IMG/VR virus record: IMGVR_UViG_3300028886_000036
Location: 96,001-160,000 of that record
DNA: 64,000 nucleotides
Source: a virus
Taxonomy: Duplodnaviria > Caudoviricetes
Strand: one strand, 5' to 3'
Position numbers and translations under genes: made by a program. Under the pieces are notes generated by a model. It was not told the origin of the DNA. It worked only from the letters and a program-made list of their open reading frames with translations, and did no database searches. Positions within the stretch are counted from its first letter, which is position 1. The number at the start of each line of letters is the position of its first letter. Positions 1 to 10,700 of this stretch are shown piece after piece.

Positions 1-1
1 T

Positions 2-2131
2 AAAGAAGACTATCAAGGCTATGCTGGAGTAACTGGATTAACTAATATAATTGCTCTTCCTATGCTTAACAGAAGAGATGTAGTTGGTAATGATATTACT
101 ATTTATAATGCATTATATGATGATGACTTTAAATTAGTCCCAACAGCGTCTATTCCAGTTAGATTAGACAGTTCTAATAGTTATATACCTAAAGGATCTA
201 GTATTATAGGATTTGATGGGAATACATACTGTTGTCCATTTGATATAGTTTATGATGATTCATATGATGTTCCAACTACTCAGTATATTTATAACTTGGC
301 AAGCACAAATGTTGCACCTATTCTTTTTACAGATACAACGCCAGACGATGTTGAAATGGCTGTAAGAATGATGCAAGCTAGGATATATCCAAATAGAGAA
401 GAGATTGGATATACTGCTGAAATAGTCAAGTTAGATAATATGAACCCAGAGTGCATATCTGCAAAATTGTTTATTGCTAATAATCCAGAAGTTTTAGATT
501 TAAAGTTTACTCAGCAATATAACAATAATACGGTCATGAACATGTCTAGTGATTTATTGCCATATAATCATTTACCGGTAGGAGAGTTTGATTGGAAAGT
601 TGTATTATATTATACCTATCCAAATACTGATGAGCCAGTTTATTATGCCACATATACAGGTAAATTTAACTTATTTGAAAATGGTGAAGTGGTTGATAAT
701 GTAATAGATGTTCCACTTACTCCAAATGTACCAGAAATATATGCGACTATTCCAGAAGCTACATTTACATTAACTGATGATAGAAAATCAGGGTATTTTA
801 AAGTTCCAATAGTTATACTAAATGAATATGATTATTTTGATAATAAGATAGATACTAGTACTTTTTATATTCAGTGTGAAATAGAAGATAAGGAGTACAA
901 ATTAGTTTTAAGTAGTATTAGTGATGGAAGATATGTGTATAATTCTAAATACATTTTCTTATCTGACTTACCAGTTGGAGAGTTTGAGGTTAAATTCAAT
1001 TTATTTATGAAAGATGCTAACGGAAATTTTTCAGAACCAATTACAACATATAATGCAAATATAACTGTAATGACGGATGGGAAAAGAGTTTTGGATACCA
1101 TATCAGATACCACTACTAAAGAAAGTACAGAGCCACAGATAGAATTAGTTCATTTAGGGTTATCATCAATAGATATCTCATCGCCAGATAACGGTGATAG
1201 TTATGTGTTTATATGCAATATTACTAAATTGCCACAAAACGCATCTTCTAGCATTTCAGTTAATTTAACTATGACAACTAATAGCTATGATTTAACTAAT
1301 GAACGAGAATACTATATGGAATATACTGGTGATATGATTGAAGTAACGGATGATGATGGAAAGGCTAAATCATCTATGTGTGTATTTACTTCGCCAAAAA
1401 TAAAAGCTAATACTATCCCAACTGGACAAGTTACATTTAAGATTAGTTTAAAATATAACGGAGCTAATATAACTACTTATAAGCAATCGTGTATCTTTAA
1501 ACAAGATATCTCTAGAATTATTAGATCAGATGTCCATAAGTTTAGTGATGGATTATACTATGCATGTAATGTTCCAGTAATACTTAAAGATTGGTATGAT
1601 AGTCACATAGAGTATCTTGATCAAGAAATTTTATCTAGATTCTTATACTTAAGTGAAAACTTTAATACTTATGGAATGCTTACTGATAGAATAAACATTA
1701 AGTTTGTAAGAACTTGTGGTCAATCAGTTAATATGAGACTTAATAACTACATGCCAAATCCAGTTAAAAGCTATCCAGATGATTTTAGTATTGATCTTCC
1801 TGTTAAGATCTATGTTAAATTATATGTTTCAGAAGATATTACAACTGATATAAATGATTTGATAACTGAAGCTAAAAACGTTATATACACTTTCTTACAG
1901 CTTAAATCTGGATTCAATACCAATATCTATAGATCTGAATTAGCTAGATACTTACATGATACTTTAGAGGATATTTTATTCTGTGAAGTAGTCGAGCCTA
2001 CTGACGAAATAATCTATAGCTATGATATTGATAAGATACCTAGATCTCAATATGAAGTGTTGTATCAGTATTGCCCAGAATATATCTGGTTTGATAAAGA
2101 CAATATTGTGGTTGATGTAAAGCTTATGTAA
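2..2131 (+). CDS. Putative baseplate wedge subunit (T4 gp6/baseplate-J-like), 5' truncated by the window
   Basis: Frame is open from position 2 (KEDYQGYAGVTGLTNIIALPMLNRRD), so ATG 62 is internal. The EDY motif and C-terminal IYRSELARYL resemble wedge proteins; lies upstream of tail-fibre genes. Confidence 0.5.
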   Translation, partial: KEDYQGYAGVTGLTNIIALPMLNRRDVVGNDITIYNALYDDDFKLVPTASIPVRLDSSNSYIPKGSSIIGFDGNTYCCPFDIVYDDSYDVPTTQYIYNLASTNVAPILFTDTTPDDVEMAVRMMQARIYPNREEIGYTAEIVKLDNMNPECISAKLFIANNPEVLDLKFTQQYNNNTVMNMSSDLLPYNHLPVGEFDWKVVLYYTYPNTDEPVYYATYTGKFNLFENGEVVDNVIDVPLTPNVPEIYATIPEATFTLTDDRKSGYFKVPIVILNEYDYFDNKIDTSTFYIQCEIEDKEYKLVLSSISDGRYVYNSKYIFLSDLPVGEFEVKFNLFMKDANGNFSEPITTYNANITVMTDGKRVLDTISDTTTKESTEPQIELVHLGLSSIDISSPDNGDSYVFICNITKLPQNASSSISVNLTMTTNSYDLTNEREYYMEYTGDMIEVTDDDGKAKSSMCVFTSPKIKANTIPTGQVTFKISLKYNGANITTYKQSCIFKQDISRIIRSDVHKFSDGLYYACNVPVILKDWYDSHIEYLDQEILSRFLYLSENFNTYGMLTDRINIKFVRTCGQSVNMRLNNYMPNPVKSYPDDFSIDLPVKIYVKLYVSEDITTDINDLITEAKNVIYTFLQLKSGFNTNIYRSELARYLHDTLEDILFCEVVEPTDEIIYSYDIDKIPRSQYEVLYQYCPEYIWFDKDNIVVDVKLM

Positions 2132-2135
2132 AAAC

Positions 2136-2178
2136 AAAAAGAAGGAGAGCTGCCCCGCAACAGCCCTCCTTCTTTTTT
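2136..2178. terminator. Bidirectional intrinsic terminator
   Basis: AAAAAGAAGGAG-AGCTG-loop-CAGCC-CTCCTTCTTTTT inverted repeat between convergent genes. Confidence 0.85.
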
Positions 2179-2512
2179 ATTCAATCGGATATACTTCTAT
2201 AGGGATTATCTGCTCACCCTTATACCGCCAACCTGGAGAGCATACCCTAAACTTCTTAACGTCTCCTGGACCCCAGGATATTGTGGTGTGAGAACAGGAG
2301 TATACCCCTAAACGAAACACAGGTGATTCATATTTAATCTCAATTTCTTTTCCTACAACTTCAATTGGTTCTATATTGTTATCTTTTAAAAACTTACAAA
2401 ACATTTTTTCGCCAACTGTGCCTTTTCGATGATCATACATGTAGTCCAGCAAAAATCCATATTTCGCACTGTTAAGTGTCCGCAATAGTTCTTTTACTTC
2501 TTTAACATCCAC
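2177..2512 (-). CDS. Hypothetical protein
   Basis: 111 aa ORF, GTG start with AGGGGG RBS. Confidence 0.7.
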   Translation of the reverse strand: MDVKEVKELLRTLNSAKYGFLLDYMYDHRKGTVGEKMFCKFLKDNNIEPIEVVGKEIEIKYESPVFRLGVYSCSHTTISWGPGDVKKFRVCSPGWRYKGEQIIPIEVYPIE

Positions 2513-2553
2513 AGCAATACCCCCTAAAGGATTAAGATACTTTGATTATATAC

Positions 2554-2883
2554 TTATAAAAAGTATTGCTCAGTTTTCATATCTTTATTCTTTAACAAAG
2601 CTTTCTTCAATATAGTTAACTTGCAAATATTCTTGCTTTGAATTACACAACTACTTCCACATCTATATGTAATCCCTTCCGAACTATGACACGTGATTTC
2701 ATCAAATCTAGCACATATCTGGCCATATCGATACTCTATATAATATGGTCTCCAAAGAATTAGTTTACATCTTGAAGATGATGTATCTCTATATTCACAA
2801 TCGGTATTACATTTAGTTTTACTAAAACATACATTCAATGTTCTAATAAGATATGCTATTACTATTGATTTATTACTTGGCAT
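2554..2883 (-). CDS. Small Cys-rich protein (paralog family)
   Basis: NVC-x5-C-x3-C-x9-C motif, with a second Cys cluster. Confidence 0.7.
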   Translation of the reverse strand: MPSNKSIVIAYLIRTLNVCFSKTKCNTDCEYRDTSSSRCKLILWRPYYIEYRYGQICARFDEITCHSSEGITYRCGSSCVIQSKNICKLTILKKALLKNKDMKTEQYFL

Positions 2884-3103
2884 AATATCTGAACCACCTT
2901 ATTACAAGATCTATAGCAAGTTCTATATTAAATACCAGTTCAAGTGTTGTTATGCTATTTCTATTTGAGAAGCATCCATACTTTAACGGAACTCCTAATA
3001 CTTTATGCCAAAAATATATTGGCCTATTAATTAATGGAAGAGTCTTAATAGTTATATTATTAACACAAACATACGCTAATAAGTTTTTAGATAGTCTTTT
3101 CAT
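2873..3103 (-). CDS. Hypothetical protein
   Basis: 76 aa, overlaps neighbours in a tightly packed operon. Confidence 0.55.
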   Translation of the reverse strand: MKRLSKNLLAYVCVNNITIKTLPLINRPIYFWHKVLGVPLKYGCFSNRNSITTLELVFNIELAIDLVIRWFRYYAK

Positions 3104-3482
3104 ATAAACTCTTTATAGACTTAAACTTTTTAGCATAGTATCTTTTTAGATATGCCACTTTGCAATTCTCATCAGCACCCATAAGACTAATAAGTAAAGT
3201 CCCACTAACTTTAGTTACTTTATGATCTTCAAATTGAGCTTCTTTAAGTTCAGTAAGAAACTTATATGCGAATTTATACTTGGTTTTACTAAATATAGTA
3301 ATCATTCTATCAAGATCATATCCATTGTCATACCTGTCTTCAAAGTTATATATAATATGCATTCTGATCTTAGACCATTGTTCATATGGCATATTATAAT
3401 AACCTTTTCTATCCATAAACACAAACAATATATCAAACTTTCTAGCAACAGAGTTAATACAGTAACAGTTTAGTTTAGCCAT
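3087..3482 (-). CDS. Hypothetical protein
   Basis: 131 aa, AGGGAG RBS. Confidence 0.7.
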   Translation of the reverse strand: MAKLNCYCINSVARKFDILFVFMDRKGYYNMPYEQWSKIRMHIIYNFEDRYDNGYDLDRMITIFSKTKYKFAYKFLTELKEAQFEDHKVTKVSGTLLISLMGADENCKVAYLKRYYAKKFKSIKSLYEKTI

Positions 3483-3486
3483 ATAA

Positions 3487-3696
3487 TCACTCCCTAACTA
3501 TTGGGCATACCCAGGTTGATCCCATTTTTATAGGACAAAACTTTATAAATCTTACAGTACAATCTGATTCATTTTGATAACTTCTTAATATCTTAAATGC
3601 AGAATTATCCCTTGGTACTGAATTACAAACTTTAAACATACACATGTTAACACTACAAATATAGACAAAAGCGTCTTTTGATTCTAACTTGCTCAT
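3487..3696 (-). CDS. Small Cys-containing protein (possible family member)
   Basis: 69 aa, GGAG RBS, NMC-x4-C. Confidence 0.6.
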   Translation of the reverse strand: MSKLESKDAFVYICSVNMCMFKVCNSVPRDNSAFKILRSYQNESDCTVRFIKFCPIKMGSTWVCPIVRE

Positions 3697-3697
3697 A

Positions 3698-3931
3698 TTA
3701 ACTCCAATCCAATAACTCTTTTAGCACACTATGAAACCCAACAAACCTAGTAAATTTTTCATAATGTGTTATAGGGCACGTATCTGTAAGAATATATCCA
3801 ATAGCACTACAATGTCTACATGAAAGTAACTTACTAGACTTTTTATAGTCTAATGAACACCTAACAGTATCATTCTTCATACATCTATTTAGAGCTATAA
3901 CATGTACTAGTAATAATTTATCTTTAGTCAT
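3698..3931 (-). CDS. Small Cys-rich protein
   Basis: 77 aa, AGGAGG RBS, NRC...C...CRHC. Confidence 0.65.
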   Translation of the reverse strand: MTKDKLLLVHVIALNRCMKNDTVRCSLDYKKSSKLLSCRHCSAIGYILTDTCPITHYEKFTRFVGFHSVLKELLDWS

Positions 3932-3933
3932 AC

Positions 3934-4170
3934 TTACCTCCTTATTTTAATCGCTTTACTAACAACATCAAAGTTAAAGTATTCAGTAAATAACTTAAAG
4001 TTCTTTAATATAGGCATCTTATCTAAATTAGGGAACGCATATTGAATACTTTTACACCAACAACATAATTTTTTATCTTTGCCTGGAACGAACTCACATC
4101 TTTTACTTGATAGGCATTGATTGTACAAGATATTTTTAAAAGCTAGTTCTTCTGCTTTACTGGCCTTCAT
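3934..4170 (-). CDS. Small Cys-rich protein
   Basis: NQC-x5-C...CCWC; start moved to ATG 4170, which follows a GGAGG RBS. Confidence 0.65.
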   Translation of the reverse strand: MKASKAEELAFKNILYNQCLSSKRCEFVPGKDKKLCCWCKSIQYAFPNLDKMPILKNFKLFTEYFNFDVVSKAIKIRR

Positions 4171-4228
4171 ACTTAAATACCTCCAAAGACAGGATAGCAT
4201 TAATATAATATATTTATGAAAAACCAGT

Positions 4229-4260
4229 TGTAGTATAACATTATACTACATTATAGTCAA
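4229..4260 (-). promoter_or_regulatory. SigA-like promoter overlapped by a 10-bp palindrome
   Basis: Minus strand TTGACT-17 nt-TATACT with TGn; TGTAGTATAA-ca-TTATACTACA at 4229-4250. Confidence 0.6.
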
Positions 4261-4271
4261 CTTTTTTAGTC

Positions 4272-4290
4272 TGAACAAATATATAGAGAA
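4272..4290 (+). promoter_or_regulatory. Candidate phage late-promoter motif TGAACAAATAT
   Basis: Same 11-mer followed by AGAGA also at 7229 and 27160, each upstream of a structural gene. Confidence 0.55.
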
Positions 4291-4319
4291 CTCTTACAAA
4301 AGAAAGGGGAGAAGTTAAT

Positions 4320-6503
4320 TTGTTACCAAATATAGTATATAGCGGTTTTAGAAATGATAACGATTGGGATCGTGCTCAAACTAGAACATTAGATCCATAT
4401 TCTTTATTAAAATCCGATTCTTTAAATCAAATTAACACTATCTATGGAAATAATACCATACTTAAAGGTATGGAGATGAAGATTACACCCGATACAGAGA
4501 GTCAAATTTTTAATATAACTATAAAGCCTGGTTGTTGTATTAAAGATAAAGTATTGATACAGTTTAATAAAGATACTTCTATTCTTATAAATTATCGGGA
4601 AGAAAATTTTAGGGAGCTAGTTAAAGATAGCTCAATAATGATAGTTGTTAATTATAAGTATGAAAAAGTTGTACCAGCCCCAATAGCAAAAATAGAAGTT
4701 ATACAGGAAGATGATTATGATCCTGAAATTCATCTTGGTTTATGCCGTATATTCTTTGATTCAGAAGGAAACTACACAGATATAGTAAGACTTATAACTC
4801 CAAAAGATAACATACTCTATGAAGAAATTTTACAGGAAATAAACTCAACAGCATCTTCAGCAGTATACAATGTTTTAGGTGAGTTAGGTGCAGATGGCAT
4901 TGGAGAATTATTAGGCACTTACATTAGAGTTAAAGGCACAGCTATTTCTGGAGATTATCCAGATAAGAACTATTTCTTATGTGATTCTATTCCTAAAGTA
5001 GAAGCAGTTTTAAGTGATGAGTTAGGTACAGTTTGGAGAAACTCTTTACACATTATAACTACCTTTGAGGCTAATAATAAATACTACCATAACGATTATA
5101 TCTTAAAGTTAGATCCTAATACCTATAATGAAGAAACTCCGTCTTGGAATGTGTATACTCAAGTTTTAAATACAGATACTAAAGTAAATTCTTATTTACC
5201 ATATTCAGATATAATAGTGTATGAAGATAGAGAGAGATATTATGTTTATGCTTGGTTTAAAGGAACTATTTATGGTTCTATAGAAGTTTATGAAACTGAG
5301 TTTAATTCTGATCAAGTAATAGTTAAGAATATTTCAAAAGAAGAACCCAATGAATCAGTTATGACAGAAGTATTAAAAGTATCAGATCGTCTTACTCCAC
5401 ATGCTATTATTAAAGCTAGTTTTAATAATAATAAGACTACTAGAACTAACACTACTACATTAGATTTAGATGAAACTACTACTAGAGATGATGCTACTAT
5501 GAGAAATGCTAATAATATACCTAGTAGTTATCGAGTTATTAAAACTAATACTTATATTAATAATTGTTTAATCTGGAATGAAAGTAATGATGGAAGTGGT
5601 AGCGGATTAGATGCAGATTTATTAGATGGCAGAGAAGGTTCGTGGTATGCTTCTATGGATAACATTATAGATCTTGAAGTTAGAGTGCAAGAAAAATTAG
5701 ATGCTTTAACTGAAGAAGTGGCTGCAGTTAGAAAGATAGCTGAAGATGCTATTCCAAAAGCAGAAAAGCATAAGCCATCTGGAGTGGCTATTTTAACTAA
5801 TAGTGATGGCACATATTTAGATGATTATGAGCCGGATGTAGTTAAAGAATGGACTCCTGAAGAATTAGAAGAGCATACTAAAACAGATAGTGCTCCTACT
5901 GGTGGGGCTTTAGTAGGAAAAGTTGTTCCACAATCAGAGCTTTATATTTATAGAATGTTTGGGGACGAAACTCATCCAGAAAGTGTTGAGTTTACATATT
6001 CTAATAAGAATCCCACTGGAACTAATAGAATTAATTGTGAAGGTCACTTCCATGCTACAAAAGTTTATAACCCAGCCTATAAGGATATTGCAGAAGTTTT
6101 TGAAGCTAATCAGGATTGTTCAATGTCTAATTGCTTAAGAAAGATAATGTCATTAGATACATCATCTGGTTTACTTAGAAAATGTAGACCCACTGATTAT
6201 ACTGTAGTTGGAGTTTGCTCAGATACTTATGGGTATTTACTTGGTGCTTCGGAAACCGACATTACGCAATCTGGTCATTTATTGCCTATAGGATTAGCTG
6301 GAACTGTTTGGGTCGATATTGAAAATACATTAGAGCCAGATGTCAATTATTTAGGCTGCTTAATAGGTGTAGGGGACAACGGTAAAGGTAGAATAATGGC
6401 TAGAACTGATAAGAGATATTGTGTTGGTATGGTAGTTGAATGTAACCCAGATGAAAATTCAAAAAGAGTCAAGATTCTTTTAGGGAATCGTTGGACTGTT
6501 TAA
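4320..6503 (+). CDS. Baseplate-proximal tail fibre protein with peptidase_G2-like C-terminal chaperone domain
   Basis: GSGSGLDADLLDG fibre motif; C-terminal DIAEVF...VVGVCSD...PIGLAGTV. Confidence 0.65.
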   Translation: MLPNIVYSGFRNDNDWDRAQTRTLDPYSLLKSDSLNQINTIYGNNTILKGMEMKITPDTESQIFNITIKPGCCIKDKVLIQFNKDTSILINYREENFRELVKDSSIMIVVNYKYEKVVPAPIAKIEVIQEDDYDPEIHLGLCRIFFDSEGNYTDIVRLITPKDNILYEEILQEINSTASSAVYNVLGELGADGIGELLGTYIRVKGTAISGDYPDKNYFLCDSIPKVEAVLSDELGTVWRNSLHIITTFEANNKYYHNDYILKLDPNTYNEETPSWNVYTQVLNTDTKVNSYLPYSDIIVYEDRERYYVYAWFKGTIYGSIEVYETEFNSDQVIVKNISKEEPNESVMTEVLKVSDRLTPHAIIKASFNNNKTTRTNTTTLDLDETTTRDDATMRNANNIPSSYRVIKTNTYINNCLIWNESNDGSGSGLDADLLDGREGSWYASMDNIIDLEVRVQEKLDALTEEVAAVRKIAEDAIPKAEKHKPSGVAILTNSDGTYLDDYEPDVVKEWTPEELEEHTKTDSAPTGGALVGKVVPQSELYIYRMFGDETHPESVEFTYSNKNPTGTNRINCEGHFHATKVYNPAYKDIAEVFEANQDCSMSNCLRKIMSLDTSSGLLRKCRPTDYTVVGVCSDTYGYLLGASETDITQSGHLLPIGLAGTVWVDIENTLEPDVNYLGCLIGVGDNGKGRIMARTDKRYCVGMVVECNPDENSKRVKILLGNRWTV

Positions 6504-6520
6504 AAGGAGAGATATAAAAT

Positions 6521-7171
6521 ATGATTATCTATAGATCAATTGAAGATACAACTAAAACCATTCGCATGAGTGATCTTAAGAAAATGTATCCTAATATTTC
6601 ATTTCCAAAAGAAGTTACTAACGAACAGTTAGAGTTTTTAAATATACCTTATACTGCTGAAGAGTATGTTCCTCCTACTCCTCCAGAGCCTACTCTTGAA
6701 CAGATTAAAGCTGAAAAAGCTAGAGCAATTCAGAATAGATCAAATATTCTTATGGAGCAGATTAGTGATGGTTATACTGATGGTGAAATTAAAACATTTG
6801 AACAGCAGAACTTGGGAGCTTTAGACATTCTTAATGGTACTTATAATAGCGAGAATGCTATGTTTGTTATAGCTCTTCTTAAAAATAGGCTTGCAAAAGC
6901 AGATGTTACTAACGAAGAGATTGTAGCTTTTGCTAACAAGATTAGAACTAATTATACTAATGCATCTGCATATACTTCATTAGTGGTTGGAACACAGCAG
7001 CATCTTGAACTTCTTGTTAGAGAAGCTGAAACTAAAGAAGAGGTGGAGGCTATTGATGCTTATTTTACCCCAGTTGTTCCTGATGTTCCAGCTGCAGAAC
7101 CAGAAGAAGATGAAGACGAAATAGTGGAAGAAACAGATCCAGAGGATACTAACAAAGGGCCTACTGAATAA
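6521..7171 (+). CDS. Putative tail fibre assembly chaperone
   Basis: YPNISFP...PPTPPEPTLEQIKAEK...AETKEEVEAI pattern; directly downstream of a fibre gene. Confidence 0.6.
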   Translation: MIIYRSIEDTTKTIRMSDLKKMYPNISFPKEVTNEQLEFLNIPYTAEEYVPPTPPEPTLEQIKAEKARAIQNRSNILMEQISDGYTDGEIKTFEQQNLGALDILNGTYNSENAMFVIALLKNRLAKADVTNEEIVAFANKIRTNYTNASAYTSLVVGTQQHLELLVREAETKEEVEAIDAYFTPVVPDVPAAEPEEDEDEIVEETDPEDTNKGPTE

Positions 7172-7181
7172 TAAACTATAC

Positions 7182-7225
7182 AAGAAGAACACTGTGCTAG
7201 AAATAGTATAGTGTTCTTCTTTTTT
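7182..7225 (+). terminator. Intrinsic terminator
   Basis: AAGAAGAACAC...GTGTTCTTCTT followed by a T tract. Confidence 0.75.
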
Positions 7226-7228
7226 ATT

Positions 7229-7245
7229 TGAACAAATATAGAGAA
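7229..7245 (+). promoter_or_regulatory. Candidate phage late-promoter motif
   Basis: TGAACAAATATAGAGAA immediately after the terminator. Confidence 0.55.
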
Positions 7246-7268
7246 TTTAAACAACAAAGAGGTGAATC

Positions 7269-7715
7269 TTGGTGCCCAGTATAAAAAAGACAGAAGAAGC
7301 ATTAGCTAAAGTAATTAAGGAATATATTATACCTAGCACTGCTGGCAATGCTGGTAAAGTATTATCTACATTAGATGGAACAACACTCTCGTGGGAGGGT
7401 GTTGATAATATTTTACCCACTCAATCTTCTGAAACTGAAAATAAGATATTAGTGAGCGATGGAGCTAATGTTTCTTGGAAGGCTATCAAAATGAAGCACT
7501 TTACTATTTATGCTGAAGCTAACCAAACAACCATCCCAACCAGTTCTTACAATATAAATGCATTTATGCAACTAGATGTTTTTAAGGATGGTATTAAGTT
7601 AATTGAGGGATCTGAAAATGATTACACCTATAACACTACTACTAAGGCAATTACATTAACTACACCATTACTTGATACAGACATTATAATGCTTGCATAT
7701 TTAGTTTTTGAATAA
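7269..7715 (+). CDS. Virion/fibre-associated protein
   Basis: GNAGKVL-x-DGT-x-SW repeat and VFKDGIKL...DYT domain shared with the fibre genes. Confidence 0.65.
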   Translation: MVPSIKKTEEALAKVIKEYIIPSTAGNAGKVLSTLDGTTLSWEGVDNILPTQSSETENKILVSDGANVSWKAIKMKHFTIYAEANQTTIPTSSYNINAFMQLDVFKDGIKLIEGSENDYTYNTTTKAITLTTPLLDTDIIMLAYLVFE

Positions 7716-7730
7716 AGGAGGCGATGATAT

Positions 7731-10700
7731 TTGTCAACAATTTTAAGACACACTTTAGATGACACTGCAATCACTAAAGAGTTTCATGAAAGAATATTAA
7801 CTATAGATGATACTTGTGATTCTGCTGAAGTTAATAAAATTCCTGTAGCTAATCAGCATGGATATCTTGATAGAAGCTGGTTACAAGATTATAACAGTTT
7901 TAAAATTAGAGATCTTCAAACTGTTGTTAATGATTATGTTACTGATTTAGACGATATTGAATATGTTCATTTAATAAATTTGGGTAGTAGAATAAGTGTT
8001 CAATTAACCTCACCAGATGAAATTGATGAGAGTTTACCATATAGAAAAGCTTTAATCTATAGATTTGTAGTTAAAAGTAATTCAGATGATTATACTATTA
8101 CTTGGACTTCTAATAAGCCTAATTATAATATAGTTTGGAATACTTATTCAGAGTCAGCACCAGAGTTAGATGCTAATGGAACTTACTTTGAGTTTATAAG
8201 TACTGATAATGGCTTAACTTGGTACGGAACCAGCTCTAATATGACTGACTATGATATTCACGATTATTATAACAAAACTACATCTGATGATAGATTTGTT
8301 CACTATACTGATACAGAATTATTAGTACCAGATATGACTAATATGGCTGGTAAATATCTTGTTAATAATGGATTAGAGTCATATTGGGCAGATTATAAAA
8401 AGTTAATATATGTTAGTTATCCAAGTACTGATGTAACATCAATAACAGTTCCGCAAGAATATATTCAAGATGCTACTATTACAGATATTTTTAGAAATGG
8501 AGTCTTATTAACTGAATCTGATGACTATGCTAAAAATAATTCTACTGGTGTAATAACATTTACAGATATAATACGGGCTGGTGAAAAGATTTCTGTATTT
8601 ACAGAGACTAGTGTTAAAGCACATTCTTATAGCGCATTTAACAATCTTGAATTAACTAATAGTACTGCAGATACTCCAGATACATCTGATAATAGTGACA
8701 AGATCGCCACTACAGCATATGTTAATAATAAACTAGCCGAATATAATTTAAGTAGTACTTTGGCATCTTTAGATTCTCCAGCGTTTAATGGAATACCTAC
8801 TGCTCCAACTGCTGCTGCGGGTACAAATACTAACCAAATTGCTACTACAGAGTTTGTAAATACTGCTATAACAAATAATACAACAACTACTACAACTGCT
8901 ATAAACAACGCTATTAATAATTTAAAAGATAATGCGCCTTCTGATTTAGATACTTTAGGGAAAATTGCTACTGCTATTGATAATGATCCAAATTTCTCAA
9001 TCAATATTCATAATGAATTAGATAACAAATTAAATACTAGCATTTCAGAAGTTGGAGAAGGTAATGGAGTAGCCAATGTTTCTGAAGAAAACGGAAGTTT
9101 AATTATCACTAAAGTTAATTTTAGTTTAGCTGATCATGATCATGGAGATGCATATTTAGCAGCTACTCCTAATGTAGGATCTGGTGTTACCCCAATTTAT
9201 ACTGATGAAAGCGGACAGCTCGTTGCTTCTTCATCTACAGTTGGAGATTCTCAAACTCCAGTATATTTACAAGATGGTGTTTTAACAGCTGTTAGTGCAA
9301 GTATAAGTTTAGCAAATCACAATCACGATGATCTTTATACACCATTATCTGAAAATGTTGGGTCTAATATAAAGCATATTTATTCCAATGAGAATGGTCA
9401 ACTTGTTGAATCAGATGCTACTGTTGGAGATAATTTAACTCCTGTATATCTTGATAATGGTGAATTAAAAGTTATTTCTGGGAGCGTAAGTTTATCAAAT
9501 CATGACCACGATAACAAATATGCGCCACTTTCATTAAATGCTGGTTCTAATATAAAACATATTTATTCTGACGAAGAAGGGCATTTCCTAGAATCAGATG
9601 CTACTGTTGGTGACGAATTAACCCCAGTATATTTAAATAATGGAGAAATAACTGCAATTTCAGGTAGTGTAAGTTTATCCAATCATAATCACGACGATAG
9701 GTATACTCCGTTAGCTTCAGATGTAGGATCTGGAATCAATCCAATCTATACTGATGAGTTTGGTGGATTAATTAGATCTACTGCTACTGTTGGAGATGAT
9801 GTGACTCCTGTTTATTTAAACAACGGAGAAATAACTGCTTTCCCAGTTAGTGTAAGCTTATCTACACACGATCATGATGATAGATATGTTGCAATTAGAA
9901 CCAATGTTGGTTCTAACACTACACCGGTTTTCTTAAATGGAAATGGAGTAATAACTGCATCCTCTGCTTCGATAGGAAATAATTCAGTTCCTGTATATAT
10001 GGATAGTGGAAGTATTACAGCTTTTACTGAAAGTATAGGTAATGAAACCACTCCTGTATTTATTGATTCAGGAATAATTACAGCCTTCTATGCTGATATA
10101 GGAGATAATGATACTCCAGTATATATTGATGATGGATCTATAGTTAGTACAGGTAAGCACTTTAGCGATTACCTCCCATTAACTGGTGGAGAAGTTACTG
10201 GTACCTTAACATTAACTAATGAAACCTTACCATTAGTAATAGGAGAATCTTTGGCTGAAGATCACCTTGAAATAACTTCATCATCTATTCAAGCAAAAAC
10301 CGGAGATGTTGAATCTGATATATCAATAAACCCCGATGGTGGGGCTGTTACATTTGGTAATAGTGAAACAGGGACTGTTGTTATAAATAATGGAACAATT
10401 CATGCTGACAACATAGTCGGTGAAATAACAGGAGTTATTGATAGAGCTAATAAAGACAGTAATGGGGACATTATTGTAAATACGTATGCTCATTTGGATT
10501 CACCCGATTTAGTTGGAACACCAACTGCACCTACTGCAGAATCTGGCGATAACTCTAATACAATAGCTACTACTGCTTATGTAGATAATGCTATTTCAGA
10601 ATTAATAGATTCATCGCCAAATGCATTAAATACTTTAAATGAGCTTGCTTCAGCATTAAATAACGATTCTAACTTTGCTACTAATGTTTTTAACGCTATT

